NCBI RefSeq assembly: GCF_018350175.1
Contig: NC_058368.1
Span: 217,064,001-217,128,000, forward strand
Source of the DNA: Felis catus
Taxonomy: Eukaryota
Length of the DNA: 64,000 nt
Reading direction: 5' to 3'
The notes beneath the pieces were generated by a model. It searched no databases and was not told the DNA's origin. It saw nothing but the letters and a program-made list of their open reading frames with translations. How positions within the stretch are numbered: the first letter of the stretch is position 1; each line of letters starts with the position of its first letter. Positions 12,700 through 25,754 of this stretch are shown here, piece after piece. The translations under genes and the position numbers were made by a program.

Positions 12700-14100
12700 G
12701 CCTTGGAAAAGACAAAGTTTTACAGTCTCAGACAATTTAGGGTTCATATTGATTGAAATTGTTCAAAAAAGGGTCAGACAATTGAGAGTAGAAGCAGAGC
12801 TTATGAATCAGATGTATAAGAAAACCATTGTGTGCATGTCAAACAGCCATCCATTTAGATTTAGACTTGTCAATTAAGCTTAAGAACGAAATGACTAGGT
12901 TGACAAAGATGGGGGTTATCCGTGAACTTAGTAAAATGGACTTTCCTTAACTAAGGCTGATGTGGCTAGAGCCACTGCTGAGAATGGACAAGTCCAAAGC
13001 AAAGATCAGTCCAACTATGAACAGGCAAGGGGATCATTTCTTAGGGTATCAGCAGATATCATTTATATATAAGTCATATTCGAGAACTTTTATACTGGAC
13101 ATGGCAGAATTTTCTTCTCACTTAAATAGAAACTTTGCCTGGTTAGGTATTTCCATGTTCTGCCAGTAATACTTCTGTTTCTAACTGGAGAACTAACTCA
13201 TTTTTGCAGTAAGTAAAGGTTAAAAAAAAATGGGCCCACAGTCATTAAGTCCAGGGATTTCACTACATTCCAAATCAAGCTGCAGCAGGTGGCCTGAAGG
13301 AATGGTAGAATGGCCTTTGAAGATTTAGTTATAGTGCCAGAATGAGGATAATGTTTTAGCCTACCGAGGAAAAGCCCTCTTCAATACGGTAGATGCTCAG
13401 AATCAGTGATCAATACATAGTTCTGTCTCTACCAGTTGGGATTCACAGCACCAGGAATCAAAGGGTAGAAATGGGATGGCTCCTCTCACTATTACCTTTA
13501 GTCAAGGAAAGGAGTTACACTGGCCAAAGTAAACAGCCCTGATTACCAAAGGGGAATTATATTCCTTCTACTCACTGGAGATAAGAAATTTGTTTGGAAT
13601 GCAGGGGATAACCTCAGCCTATTTGTTTTCTTCTATGATGATATTTAGTGGAAACCTACCTTGATAGGTAGCTTTGCCAATGATCAAGAGCCATCAGGAA
13701 GTAATATTTAGGTTGCCCAGTTAGGCAAGGTACCAGAACCAACTGGGTTCACAGGTCCGGATAAAAGGAATAAGAATGAGGAGTTGCAATCATAAATATC
13801 ATAAATAAGTTATAATCATGTGACCAGTTGCAGAAATGAGGACTTTAATGATTGTATTTCTGCCTTATTTTAATATGGATTTGTTTATAAATATATTAAT
13901 GATTTTTCTCCTTTTTTGTGTCTCCTCATCCATACTTTGACATTCTAACATAAGAATGGTTGAGAATAGTTAACTCATTCATGTTTCAATAATCCAATGG
14001 TAAGTGTGTTTCATCTAGAAACAAAATTCACATAACTCTAAGACGAATAAATTGAACTTTGAGACATTGCTTCCCCTTTTGGGGAGATGATTAGTGTGCG
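12700..14100 (+). mobile_element. Highly decayed ERVL-class internal region (pol/integrase-like remnant)
   Basis: Motifs ggaatggtagaatggcctttgaag, ggattcacagcaccaggaatcaaagggtagaaatggga and gattaccaaagggga recall ERVL internal sequence; no open frame. Confidence 0.55.
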
Positions 14101-14131
14101 TGTGATTTTGTTAAAGATAATCGCATTATAA

Positions 14132-14349
14132 GGGGCGCCTGGGTGGCTCAGTCGGTTGAACGTCCGACTTCAGCTCAGGTCACGATCTCAAGTTCCATGA
14201 GTTCGAGCCCCGCGTGGGCCTCTGGGCTGATGGCTCAGAGCCTAGAGCCTGCTTCCGATTCTGTGTCTCCCTCCCTCTCTGCCTCTCCCCGTTCATGCTC
14301 TGTCTCTCTCTGTCTCAAAAATAAGTAAACGTTAAAAAAAAAATTATAA
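14132..14349 (+). mobile_element. Felid Can-SINE
   Basis: CpG-rich near-consensus body; TSD aaag(a/t)taatc(g/a)cattat. Confidence 0.95.
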
Positions 14350-14619
14350 AAAGTTAATCACATTATGAAGACTCATTTAGATTATGATAGTGATGACAAG
14401 TTTTGAAGAATTTAAGATAGGAGTTTCACATTGTGTGTAAATGCATTGATAAGAATAAACTGTTCACTTATACTTTTATGATATTATAAAACATTTTATT
14501 GAATTCAATTATTTTCCTATAATTATATTTACTCATATTCAGCAAGGCAGTTTCATTTCATAATTGTGTCAACTAATTTCTTAAAATTCAGAATTTTTCT
14601 GTTTCTTGGGCTTCCTTTA

Positions 14620-14852
14620 TTCCTTTTTATTTTTTTAATTTAAAAAATGTTAATGTTTATTTATTTTTGAGAGAGAGACAGAGACAGAGCATGAATGTGG
14701 GAGGGGTAGAAGGGGAGACACAGAATCCAAAGCAGGCTCCAGGTTCTGAGCTGCAGCACAGAGCTGGATGTAGGGCTCAAACCCACGAGATGCAAGATCA
14801 TGACCTGAGCCTAAGTTAGACGCTTAACCAACTGAGTCAAGCAGGTACTCCT
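14620..14852 (-). mobile_element. Can-SINE
   Basis: T-rich tail, (GA)n segment, ...tgacctgagcc...ttaaccaactgag reverse head. Confidence 0.9.
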
Positions 14853-17357
14853 GGTTTCCTTTAAAAAAATACTCTAACTCTAAGGTGGCTCCCTGTGTAG
14901 GGATTTATGCCAGTTTATTTGCATTTGGTTTATTTTTCTGAACTCATTTGTATTACTGCCTGTGTTTCTGATGCATTTTATAAGGAATTCATTTATTATA
15001 TAATTTAATGTGGTTTCTTATTAATTTCCATTAGCCATTATATTAGAGTATGAATCTTGATTACCAGAAAAATTGTTAGGCTTTTCTCCTTATTACATAT
15101 ATTTATAAATTAATACCAGCATATGTCTCTTTAACTAAACTTTTATATAAAGTTTGTACAATATTTCAGTACATCCAAGAATCCAATATTATGTATTCTT
15201 ACTGAATTCTAGCTTGCAGTATAGTCTATTCATAAGGAAAAAAAATCCAAGAAAATAGTATTAAAATTTGCAGACTGAAAACTACTTAGTGCTTTGTACC
15301 ACTAGGATGCATGTTAACCAATAGTATAACTTACATAGAAATTTTATTTTATGTATGTAGTTTAATATCAGGTAAAACAAAATTCTACTGTTTATACAGA
15401 TCATAAATCAATTTAAAAATATAATTTAAAAAGTCAAGATTCTGGTTAAGTCTAAGGGTGAAGGACTAGCACAAAGGAGGCTTTGTGGATGATGGATTTT
15501 TTCTAATTATTGACCTAGGCAGTTACAACATAGGTGGTAACACCATACCTATTGATTAAACAGGAAATTTTATGCATTTCTTTGCATCTATGTTATATTG
15601 TACTATGCATCTAAGAAGAAAAACTGTAATTATTATTACTAAGGATAACTTGGTAATGTTTGTAATTTTATAACTTAAACTTATTTTTATTTGTTGTACA
15701 ATATTAATATCTCTTTTGAACAGTGTTACTATATCAATATTTCCTTCTTGAATTTTAAAAATTAATTTTAATATTATATGAAATACATAATTAATTTATG
15801 TTGAATTTATAATTGTTCTCGCATATATACTGCTCTAAATATACTACTCACATGTTATTTTATGTTGATTGATGCATAATATTCTATATTTTATATTCAT
15901 TGAGTTATTTTCTCTAGCCTAACTTATTAATACATTATAACAATTAAAATGAGAAAATTATTGTTTAGTATGAGCTTGTCTTAAAATTGAGTTATTTCCT
16001 CCTTTCCTAAATATTAACTTTGATTTATTTAAATTTTGTTAACACACTTTTCTAAGGCTATAGCTATCTAATCAACTAATATGACATACTCAGTCATTTT
16101 TTCACAACACATTTGACAAGAATTTGATTGATATTTCAGCATTTCAATACGCAGCTTAAAAAACTTGAAAACTCTCTTACAAAATACATGGGGATCATTA
16201 TCTTAGAGGAGATTTATAAACTTTTTATTTAAGTTATTGCTTAGAGATAATTCATTTTAAGAGTTAGAAGTAGAATTTGGGACTATTTGTTTTATAAATT
16301 ATATAAAATCATACATATTAATGGGACAACTATCTTAGAGACCATCTCAATCAGTGTTCTCCATTTAATAATGAGTAAAGCAAGATCCAAAGAGAAGTGA
16401 TTTTTGTAATTACTACACTAAATGCAAGAAAACTGCATTTTAGATTAGTAATAATTTTTATTCAATAGATATTACCTAGCAGATGAGCATTTGGTACATG
16501 TTTTATTCTTCTTTGATTAAGCCCCGAGCATTCTGAAATAGTTGAGAGCAGTATTCTCAGATATCCCAATGCAGAGCTCACCTAAAAGTTACCGGTTTAA
16601 TGAGCTGTCAGCAGTTAACCTATTTCACACATTCTCTGGGACACCATTTTAATAGAATAGTAAGTTGGTGAATCCATAGGGAGGTTACTATGACAATGTC
16701 TTATGGAAAACCAGTAGAATAGAACATTAACAGATAATATAGGATAACTATTAGCCAACTTCCTTTAGCCACTGAAAAACAAGATTAAGGTCAAAGGATT
16801 GAAAAATATAAGTAGTTTAAATATTTTCTTTCAATTTTTGTTTAGATATTTGTTCTTCATTATATTCTGTTTGCCTAGATCTCAAACTGTGCCTAACATC
16901 TAGTAGATAATTCTTCAGTGTCCTTGTTTTCTCCTTTAATTGACATTTTTAAGTAAAAAAATGTATCTGGCTTAATTTGAATAACTTAATTATGTAATAG
17001 ACATGAAGGAAATGAAACACAAAATATTTATTAGTTACCAGTAGAAAAAGTTAAATGACTGAAAAGCAGATTATGCCAATTTATATTTCTTTGGATTGTA
17101 TATAGAAATACACATAGGCATTCAAGTAGATTTTGACAGTTTTGTGACTAGCAGATAGTGGACAAAAATCATCAATTTTGTGTCAGAGAAAAAAGTGAAA
17201 CACAGAGTGAACAATCTCTCCATTTCAAAGTATTATATTTAGAAATCAAACATCTCTCCTTGATATGACCAATTTTTGATTGAGAGATACACAAAATATA
17301 TTGATAAGAAATATCTTTGCTTAGTTTCTCATTTAATGAACACATTTTCTTTTATTT

Positions 17358-17749
17358 TTAAAGGGCGGGCCTATGCCGGCCGACTCCATCTTGTTCTGTG
17401 TCCTTCACCTTGACCACGCCTCCTCCCCTGGAGTAACCTCCCGCTCACCCGTTCAAACTTGCTCACCCGTTCAAACTTCCAGATCAAAACACGCCCAGCG
17501 ACCTGTGTAACAGGACTCCGACCCTCCCCCAGCCAATCGGCTAAGGCCACAGCCATTACCTCACCAACTGTCCCTAGACCCCAATAAAACCTTTGTGCTT
17601 TTGAAACTCGCTCTCTCTCCCTAGTATCTCACCTCTGGTCAGTGCAGGTAGGGGATTGAGCTTGAGCTAGCTCGAATAAAGGCTCTTTGCTTTTGCATCG
17701 GACTCGGCTCTCTGGTGGCCTTTGGGGATCACGAATTGTGGGCATAACA
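17358..17749 (+). mobile_element. ERV1-type solo LTR (392 bp)
   Basis: GC/CpG-rich island in AT-rich DNA; 4-bp TSD attt (17354-17357, 17750-17753); ends ...ataaCA; CCAAT box, AATAAAA TATA-position motif and AATAAA poly(A) signal; starts TT rather than TG. Confidence 0.85.
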
Positions 17750-18414
17750 ATTTAAAACGTAGAAACTGAAATCCCATCAAATTAAGTGTAACTAATATCA
17801 GGTCATTTGCCATTGATTTTGGAAATTAAGTGAAATACAGGGGACATGATCCAAAATTATAACAAACTTATACTGGATAATGAACATCTGATTTAGATTC
17901 TAAATATCCATTTTATAGCTATGGACATATATAATAACATGTTCTCTGTCATAAGACATAATATTTACTCTGTTAAAATTTTAAATATTTAATAAAGTTG
18001 CTATTGCAACCTTGTTCTTCAAGTGTACTAACAGAAATTAACACCATGAATACTTTAAGTGGTAATTGAAGTAAATAAGGACAGAGTTAAATATAATTTT
18101 CTGTGTCTTTGACTTAAGGTCTTAAAAATGTCCCCTCAGTTTGCATCAAGATTTTTTATGTATCAGAATAAAGCATTGGCTGCAATTTTTTTTTTCTACT
18201 GTATTCTTGTAGACTATATGGTTTAGGGAGAAGGGTTTGTCATGTTCAATTTCAAATCCCTGGTAATGTGGCAAAATGCTAGTCAAAATAATCATTAAAT
18301 AAATGTGATGATGGATTTCATTGTTTGAACACAGCTTAACCTGGGATTCTTGATAAATGTGAAATAAAGCACGCTTTACATTTTGACAAATATTGAGGTA
18401 AACAAATATAGAAT

Positions 18415-18825
18415 TTACATATATACACACACATATATATACATTATATATATATATTATATATACATTATATATATACACACATACATATACAAATCTA
18501 TAAAAATATACATGTACATCCAGTATACATATGCATATATATGGCATATAGATTATATGAAATTAAAATTGAATTTTTTTATTAATGGTCTTTCTACCCA
18601 ATTAAATGGTAAATTCCTATTTATGCAAGGGAGGTACCACATTTATCTATTGTTCAGTTGATTTATCCACTCCTTCCATCTCTCTATTTATCTGTCTAAT
18701 TACATATGTATGTAATGTTTGTATGTATGTATGTATGTATGTATGTATGTATCTATCATCTGTCTATCATCTATCACTTATATATCATCTGTCTACTCAT
18801 CTATCCATCCATCCAAACATTCATC
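18415..18825. repeat. (TA/CA)-rich low-complexity tract plus (TATG)n/(TATC)n microsatellites
   Basis: Direct reading. Confidence 0.85.
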
Positions 18826-19569
18826 CACTGTAAGGTATATTTCCTGGCCTAAATTCTATACTAAATAAATACTGTATGAAATGAGGAACCAACGAATAAA
18901 TAAATCATTAAATGAATAAATGAATACATTATCTGACTAAATTAATAATTTGGAAAAAACAACATTTTTCTTCTAAAAAAATACTGAAATACTAAACATT
19001 TATCACTACATGGCAAATATAACAATATGCTTATATTTTTGAAATATAAAATTTTGTAATGGCAATAACAGTCTTTAGACTATAGTTAAAGACTAAAAAC
19101 AGTTAACACAGAAGACAGATGGTAAATATTTATGTGTGTGTGTAAAAGAAAGAGGGGAGAGAGACCAGAAAGAAAATCTGCACAAATCTATGTTTAGCAT
19201 TTCCTATACTGAAATAATTGAACAAAATTGTGGATATTTGTCACAAAGAATTCCCTATGATAATTAAATTATCTATTTGAAGTGGTTTTTACTATACTTT
19301 TATATGTGTATATAACAGTGTAGTTTATATATATACATAATATTTATACACACACATATGTATAAATATAGACATGTGTGTATATATAATGTACACATAT
19401 ATATAATGTTGATGCTTTGCTTTGTAGCCAGTTATTGGGACTTTTCTCCTAAAAAAAAGAAACTCTTTACTTGTTATATAGAATTAGCTTTGTTTATATT
19501 CCTGTATTTTCAGATACCTCTCTTTATTTCTTCCTGCTTTATTTGTAATAATATTATATTAGATATCCA

Positions 19570-20065
19570 TTACTGGGTAGAAAATTACCAGTGGCTTAAA
19601 GCAACACACATTTATTAGTTCAGACTTTATGTGTGTCAGGAGACTAAGCACAGCTTAAGAAATTCTGTTTATTATCTCACAGGACAATAATCAAGCTGTT
19701 AGGCAGCCTCTGTTCCTTTCTGGAAGTTTGAGGAAAAATCTGCTTTCAACCTCTCTCACTTTGTTGGCAGAAACCGTGTCCTGGCATTTGTACAACTGAA
19801 ATCTCAGATTTTTCCTGGATGTTAGCTGGAGACCACCCTCAGCTCCCGTAGGTCACTCACAGTTCCGTGCCACATGGCCTTCTCTATAGACAGTTCACAA
19901 GATGATCAGCAGGAAAGCAAAATTCTAGGTAAGTCACCAGCAAGACAGTTTTATATAATGTAATCCTAGGAGTGACGTCCCATCGCCTTTGTCAAAAGAA
20001 AGAGATTTCACTAAAATATCAATAAAGTAAATATTATGGTGTCCACCTTAGATCTGTCTGCCACA
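19570..20065 (-). mobile_element. MaLR (MLT1-type) LTR
   Basis: gtggcttaaagcaacacacatttatt ... tctgtctgccaca, typical reverse-strand MLT1. Confidence 0.7.
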
Positions 20066-21007
20066 ATGATTTCTGCTCTTGTATGAAAGTTTTTCTTTTA
20101 ATACCCCAGCCTAGACAATTTTGTTCTTATTTACATGTTTTGTATTTCCTAGAACACATTTAAAACTTCAGGCTGTTTCAAGTGTCAAATATGAGGGTAT
20201 ATTTTATTGATTTTCCGGTCAGCTTCATGTTATGACCCTTAAGCATCTGGTCACATATTTTTATTTGAAAAATGTAATTTTAATTATTCTTGAAAACCAA
20301 TTTCATATTCAATATTTTAACTTAAAACAAGTCACATCGTCTTAGTTTAAATCAGGAAAAACTAAAAATCTAATCGATTCTTTGTCTGTGAAAACAGTTA
20401 AACTTAAAGCTTTAAAACTGGAGGAAAAATCCAGAATAATTAATACAAATTTTCCTATACTGATTTTTCTAATAAATGGCTTTAATAATACTACATATAT
20501 AAACAGTAGTCCCGAACAAAATATGTGTATTTTACCCGCAGCAATGAGTAAGCTTCTCTTAAGCTTTCCTTTATTTAATCTTGAGTGTTTTGTTGATTAT
20601 GTATGCATTAAGCATTTTCATGCATATTTTAAGATAGTGGGCTCCAAGCCTTTCTGTTTGAATGAAGGCAAAGTCTCAGCATGCATGTACAGGTTTATAA
20701 AGATTTATATAAAATTGTTTTCTTAATTAAATTTTTTGTCATTATAGCTTGGCTGATTTTTACTCATTGAACTTTGAGAATCTGTTTGGTATACAGTGAA
20801 TGCAAAGAATTATTTTACTGTGTATTATCATAGAAGTTATAACCATACTAAATTTGACACAAGCCATATGGAGACAGAAATTTCTTACCGCAGAGAGAAA
20901 TGTATCAAAGAATATTCAAAATATGTACTAAAATCATCTTGCTGAAAAATTAGAATTCTAAATGTTTCCATTTAGATTCATAAAATGTTTATTAGCAGTA
21001 GTATTTT

Positions 21008-21200
21008 GGGAAACACCTGAGTGGCTCAGTCGGTTGAGCAACCGACTTCAGCTCAGGTCATGATCTTGCGGTTCGTGAGCTCAAGCCCCACATGGGCCTG
21101 CTGCTGTCAACCTCTCAGCGCACAGCCTGATTCAGATCCTCTGTCCCCCTCTCTCTACCTCTCCCCTATTTGTGCTCTCCCCAAAATAAATATTAAAAAA
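21008..21200 (+). mobile_element. Can-SINE
   Basis: Head and tail; TSD cagtagtatttt. Confidence 0.9.
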
Positions 21201-21836
21201 CAGTAGTATTTTTTCCTGTATTGCTGATAAATATTATAAAAAGAAAAATGTTAAAGTTGACTAAAGAGTATAGAATAGAGACAAAGAAGGAGGGAGAGAT
21301 TGGTATCTGGCTTTATGATTAGACTCTAATGCTAATGTAAGCCTCCTATGAGGCGGCTATACAGTGAGTGGTCTATAATGTGAAGAACAGACACACGTAA
21401 GGCCTCTAGTATGGTACCCTGGAGACCCTTTTGTGGGAGCTGGAATATATTGGAAATGTCTAGGCATTTAGCCAGCTAAAGTTTTGTCAACATATTTCCG
21501 GATGGTTATGAAACTAATTTGAAATTGAGCAGAATGATTTCTAGCAATTCTGAAGCATATCTAACCTCTTGAGAGTGAGGACTAAGTTGTTTTCAATGTA
21601 ACATTGTAAATATCTAAGATATTGCTGGCAATTAGTAGCTGTTCCGTATATGATTTCTGACTGAATTGATACTTCTATTTTCTTTTTCAACACCTCTATA
21701 CCTTTTTTAAGGGTTAGTAATGCTGTAGGTGTAGGGGTGCTTTGAGCTTCTAAAGAGTAATGCACTTCCTCTCCAGAGGTGTTTGTGGGTGAAATCTGGA
21801 TATTAGGGTAGCTGCTCAAAAATAACTGTTTCTTAC

Positions 21837-21980
21837 AAGAAGAAGGAGGAGAAGGAGAAGGAGAAGGAGAAGGAGAAGGAGAAGAGAGAGAAAAGAAGGG
21901 GGAGGAGGAGAAGGAGAACTAGGTAGAGGAGGAGGAGGAAGAGGAGGAGGAAAAGAAGTAGAAGTAGAAATAGAAGTAGT
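21837..21980. repeat. Polypurine simple repeat (GAGAAG)n/(GGA)n/(GAAGTA)n
   Basis: 21837-21918 contains only A and G. Confidence 0.9.
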
Positions 21981-22380
21981 AGCAATTGGAATTCTGAAAT
22001 GGAGGATAAAGGAGTTAACATACACCTTGTAAATTAATCATTACAGATTGCAATTTTCTGTAGTTTAAAAAAAAGATCTATTAGTTATAGCACCCCAAAT
22101 GTTAGCTGCTTTATTTACTATGATAAAAGAAGTTTAAAAAATGTTCACTCTTTAGGTCTGCCTTACTAGATGTATTTTTTTTTAATAATGAATCTAGTTG
22201 CGTTCTTTTTGTTGTCGTTGTTTTAGGAAATTTGTGTTCTTGAATATAATCATGAATTGACCACTGTTGACGGAAATATAACTAGCCCTTGCTTGGACAT
22301 ACATTGACATGTATGTTGGGGTAATGTGTCCCATGCGCTTTAGTAAGACAAATGGAAATAGAACAAAAATTTTTAAAGGG

Positions 22381-22412
22381 TGTACATACATACATATATA
22401 TATATATGTATG

Positions 22413-22461
<49 letters not shown>

Positions 22462-22488
22462 GTGTGTGTGTGTGTATGTATATATATG
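22381..22488. repeat. Compound (TA)/(CA)/(TG) microsatellite
   Basis: Uninterrupted pyrimidine-purine alternation. Confidence 0.9.
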
Positions 22489-23713
22489 AGAAGGGAACTT
22501 CTCTAAAAAAAGAAAGAAAGAAAAAGTGTTTCCAATATAAAATATCACTAATTGGGGATTCACTTCTTAGAGACCTTTTATGAATTTAACAAACTGTCCC
22601 TGTTTTAGAGTCATGCCAGGTCAGGGAGGCTATCTAATTACTACAGATACAGTTACAGATCTATGTCTGATTCCTTTTCACCACCCGGTGGAAACAAAAT
22701 GCAGGTCATTCCTATAGATCCCATCACATCACCTGTGTTTCTATTAAATAAAATAAAATGAAATTCTGAGGCCTAGACCAGCATTGGATTGAAGGGAAGA
22801 GAAGGGGATAGTAAAAAGGAATTGGAGCCAGTTTTATAATGTCACTGTGCCCACCTCCGCTCGGAAAAATGTGTACTTCTCTCTACTTGTTTACTTTAAA
22901 TGCCTGAGTGCTAAAAAAAAAAACAAAATTGCTACCGTTATGCTGGTTGAATAGGCTAAGAATAAAGTGAAAGTTGGGTGCTTTTAATTTTCTTCAAATT
23001 GATAATTAACAAACTTGAGGGATTTCTTTTCTATAGCTACAATATCTCTGACACTTTATTTTTGTCTACAGTGGAATGAGGGAAACTTAGATTCATAGAG
23101 AGAATGTAGAAAGTGCTAGGTCCTTTCATTCTGTTTTTGATTTGACAGAAGTTGAAAACAATTCAGAAAATAACTTGCTCTTCTTTTGAAGGCATTGATA
23201 TCCAATTTCGGAAGCTCCCCTGATAACGTATCCCTGTTTTACCATTGACATCATGAAGAAAGTCATTTGTGCAGTCAAATAAAAATTGTGTTTATTAATG
23301 CATGTTTTATCCCTTTACTGGACTCAAACACTAACTAATATTCTCCTCTACATGTACCAAATATACATTAAATCAAAAAATTGTCTTTGCAAAATTAAAT
23401 TTATGGTTTTGCAAATATTTTCAGTTCATAGGATATACCGAGGAACAATAGATGCTATTGAAGGTGAAAATAATTCTATTCTAAAAGTACCATTTCTTAA
23501 GCTGAATATTTACAATTCACTTAGTCTCTGAGTTAAAAGAAGTTCACTTAATATCTATTTCTGCTTTATAGTGCTATTCTAATAATTAAATGAAATTGCA
23601 TACCTCATATCTGATATTTCAATTGTGTTCAGTATATCATGTCCCTAGTCCAGTTTGTCCACTTCTAATGGAATCAACATATTAAAAACTGTAGTCAAAA
23701 TTGTTTACTTAAT

Positions 23714-23977
23714 GGGGTGCCCGGGTGGCTCAGTTGGTTGCATGATCGACTTCAGCTCAGGTCATGATCTCATGGTTTGTGGGTTCGAGCCCCGCGTCGG
23801 GCTCTGTGCTGACAGCTCGGAGCCTGGAGCCTGCTTCAGATTCTGTGTCTCCCTCTCTCTCTGCCCCTCTCCTGTTCATGTCCTGTGTCTCTCTGTCTCT
23901 CAATAATGAATAAATGTTAAAAATAAATAAATAAATAAAAATCAGATGCTTAACCTACTGAGCCACTCAGGCACCCC
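23714..23977 (+). mobile_element. Can-SINE (+, 23714-23940) abutting an orphan minus-strand SINE head (23941-23977)
   Basis: The tail runs directly into atcagatgcttaacctactgagccactcaggcacccc; no TSD seen. Confidence 0.8.
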
Positions 23978-24035
23978 ATTCAGAGTATTTATTTTTAAGT
24001 AATTAAATAATAGCCTTCTCAAGTTTTTTCTATAG

Positions 24036-24125
24036 TGGCTGACACCTCTTGCCACATTTTGGATTCCTTAATTCTCATTAGCTGTGGAACTTATTCTACA
24101 AAATCACACAATCTGATCAATACAG
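24036..24125 (+). other. Candidate 90-nt internal exon (unknown transcript)
   Basis: Acceptor ttttttctatag, donor CAG|GTAAGT; open in phase 1-1 (xADTSCHILDSLILISCGTYSTKSHNLINT); peptide not recognised. Confidence 0.3.
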
Positions 24126-25129
24126 GTAAGTCAGGATATTTGATACACTTCTCTAACATTTGAGGTTTGTTGTTTTGTTTGGCCCACAATGACAGTTAGG
24201 AGACATTATTCAAGGTACCATCCTTCCATGTAGTTGTTCTTCTTCATTGAATGTAATGGCATTATTTTATATATTTATTTTAAGTTGTATTTACTTTGAC
24301 CTAAATATTCCATTTACCAGTTTGGGGTCTTCATGTTAGTATTTAAACAAGCTTTAACCCATTCCAGTATGAATGATTATGGCTAAGGACCAAGCTGTGT
24401 ATACTAGAAATACAGCAGGATAAGAGTTAGACCTAAAGTTGGAGAAATTGAAAATCACAACGTCCTTCATATTAGATAATGTAATTAGAGTATGTTACAG
24501 GCAGAGACTCTGTATAATTATTTTGACATCTACCAAGCTTTTCAGAAAAGCAAGGACAGAATCTTAAGGAATGTGATTTTAAATTTGCAGAAAATTAGAA
24601 ATAACATGTAAAGGGGTATAGTCCCTGGATGACCCAGCCATAATGACCATTTGTAGAGTTTCAAGTAGCTGAACACCCATGTCTTGTTAAACTTTCTTGA
24701 TACCTATTCTTATTTCTTTGTTTCATTTTTAAAATTTATGTTTTAGAAGGAAATGTGGGAATATCAGACCTGAGAGATCAGATACAATTAAATGAATGAA
24801 TGCATGGATTATTGAATTTACTAAATCCTTAGAAGCACTACACTTATATACTTCTTGGTTCTCTTAATTTTACTCTCACTTCTACATTGGGATAGTATCA
24901 ACTCACAGATTTTTGGAAACTGAATGATGGTATACACGAAAAGGAATGCATATATTCTCTGATACCTTCACTCATTAAACAAAGATTTATTGAGTAACTA
25001 CTGCATGGAAATCATTGTTCTGTAGGCTTGGAATATATTAGTGAACAAAGTGAATTTACAGTCTTTTGGGATACTGATGACAGTGACAACGATGATGATG
25101 ATCATCATCATTATAACAACTTGATAATG

Positions 25130-25345
25130 ATTAATATGTGCTAAATAATGTTATAAACATTTTATGTATAACTTAGTGCTTCCATAAAAACTATGAGGTA
25201 GGTATTTTGATTTACCCCTGTTCTATAACTGGGGAACTGAATATGGTAAGATTAAGATACTTGCTCACTATCACGGAGTTGGTAGACGGAAGAAGTGATA
25301 TCAAAGCTAGAGAGTGTGGCTCCAGGGCCCTTTCTTAACCATAGT
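25130..25345 (-). mobile_element. MIR-like fragment
   Basis: ctatgaggtaggtatt...ggggaactga...aagatacttgctcac...agagtgtggctccagggccc resembles the MIR core. Confidence 0.6.
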
Positions 25346-25754
25346 ACCCACCATACTGCCACCTAATTATACTGAGTGACTAGTAGTTAATTCTCTCAGT
25401 GTGTTCTCTGAGGAACTTTAACACCACAGAAAATGCTAGTGGGAATTCAATGTTTTACTTGTACCCAGGGAAATGATAGAAGAGTTTAGACAAAAATTTA
25501 AAATAAAATTTATTTTCAGCACGAATTTTAAATCTTTTGGGACTAAAATAATATAGAATACACTTGATCGAAGGGATTTGTAAATATAAAACTGATCAGC
25601 CACAAGCATCCTTACATATTTAGTCAAACACCCTTAATTTGTAGAAGAGAAATCTGACTAACCTAGAGCCTAATTAACTTCCCACAATCATTGGGATATA
25701 TGGTGTAGGTCTAGGACCAGGATGCTTGGACCAGGACAAATAAATGATCAGTGT

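Noticed and set aside
18146..18833. Tyr/Ile/Val/Cys-rich ORFs (also near 22.3 kb and 46.3 kb)
   Set aside because: Microsatellite translations
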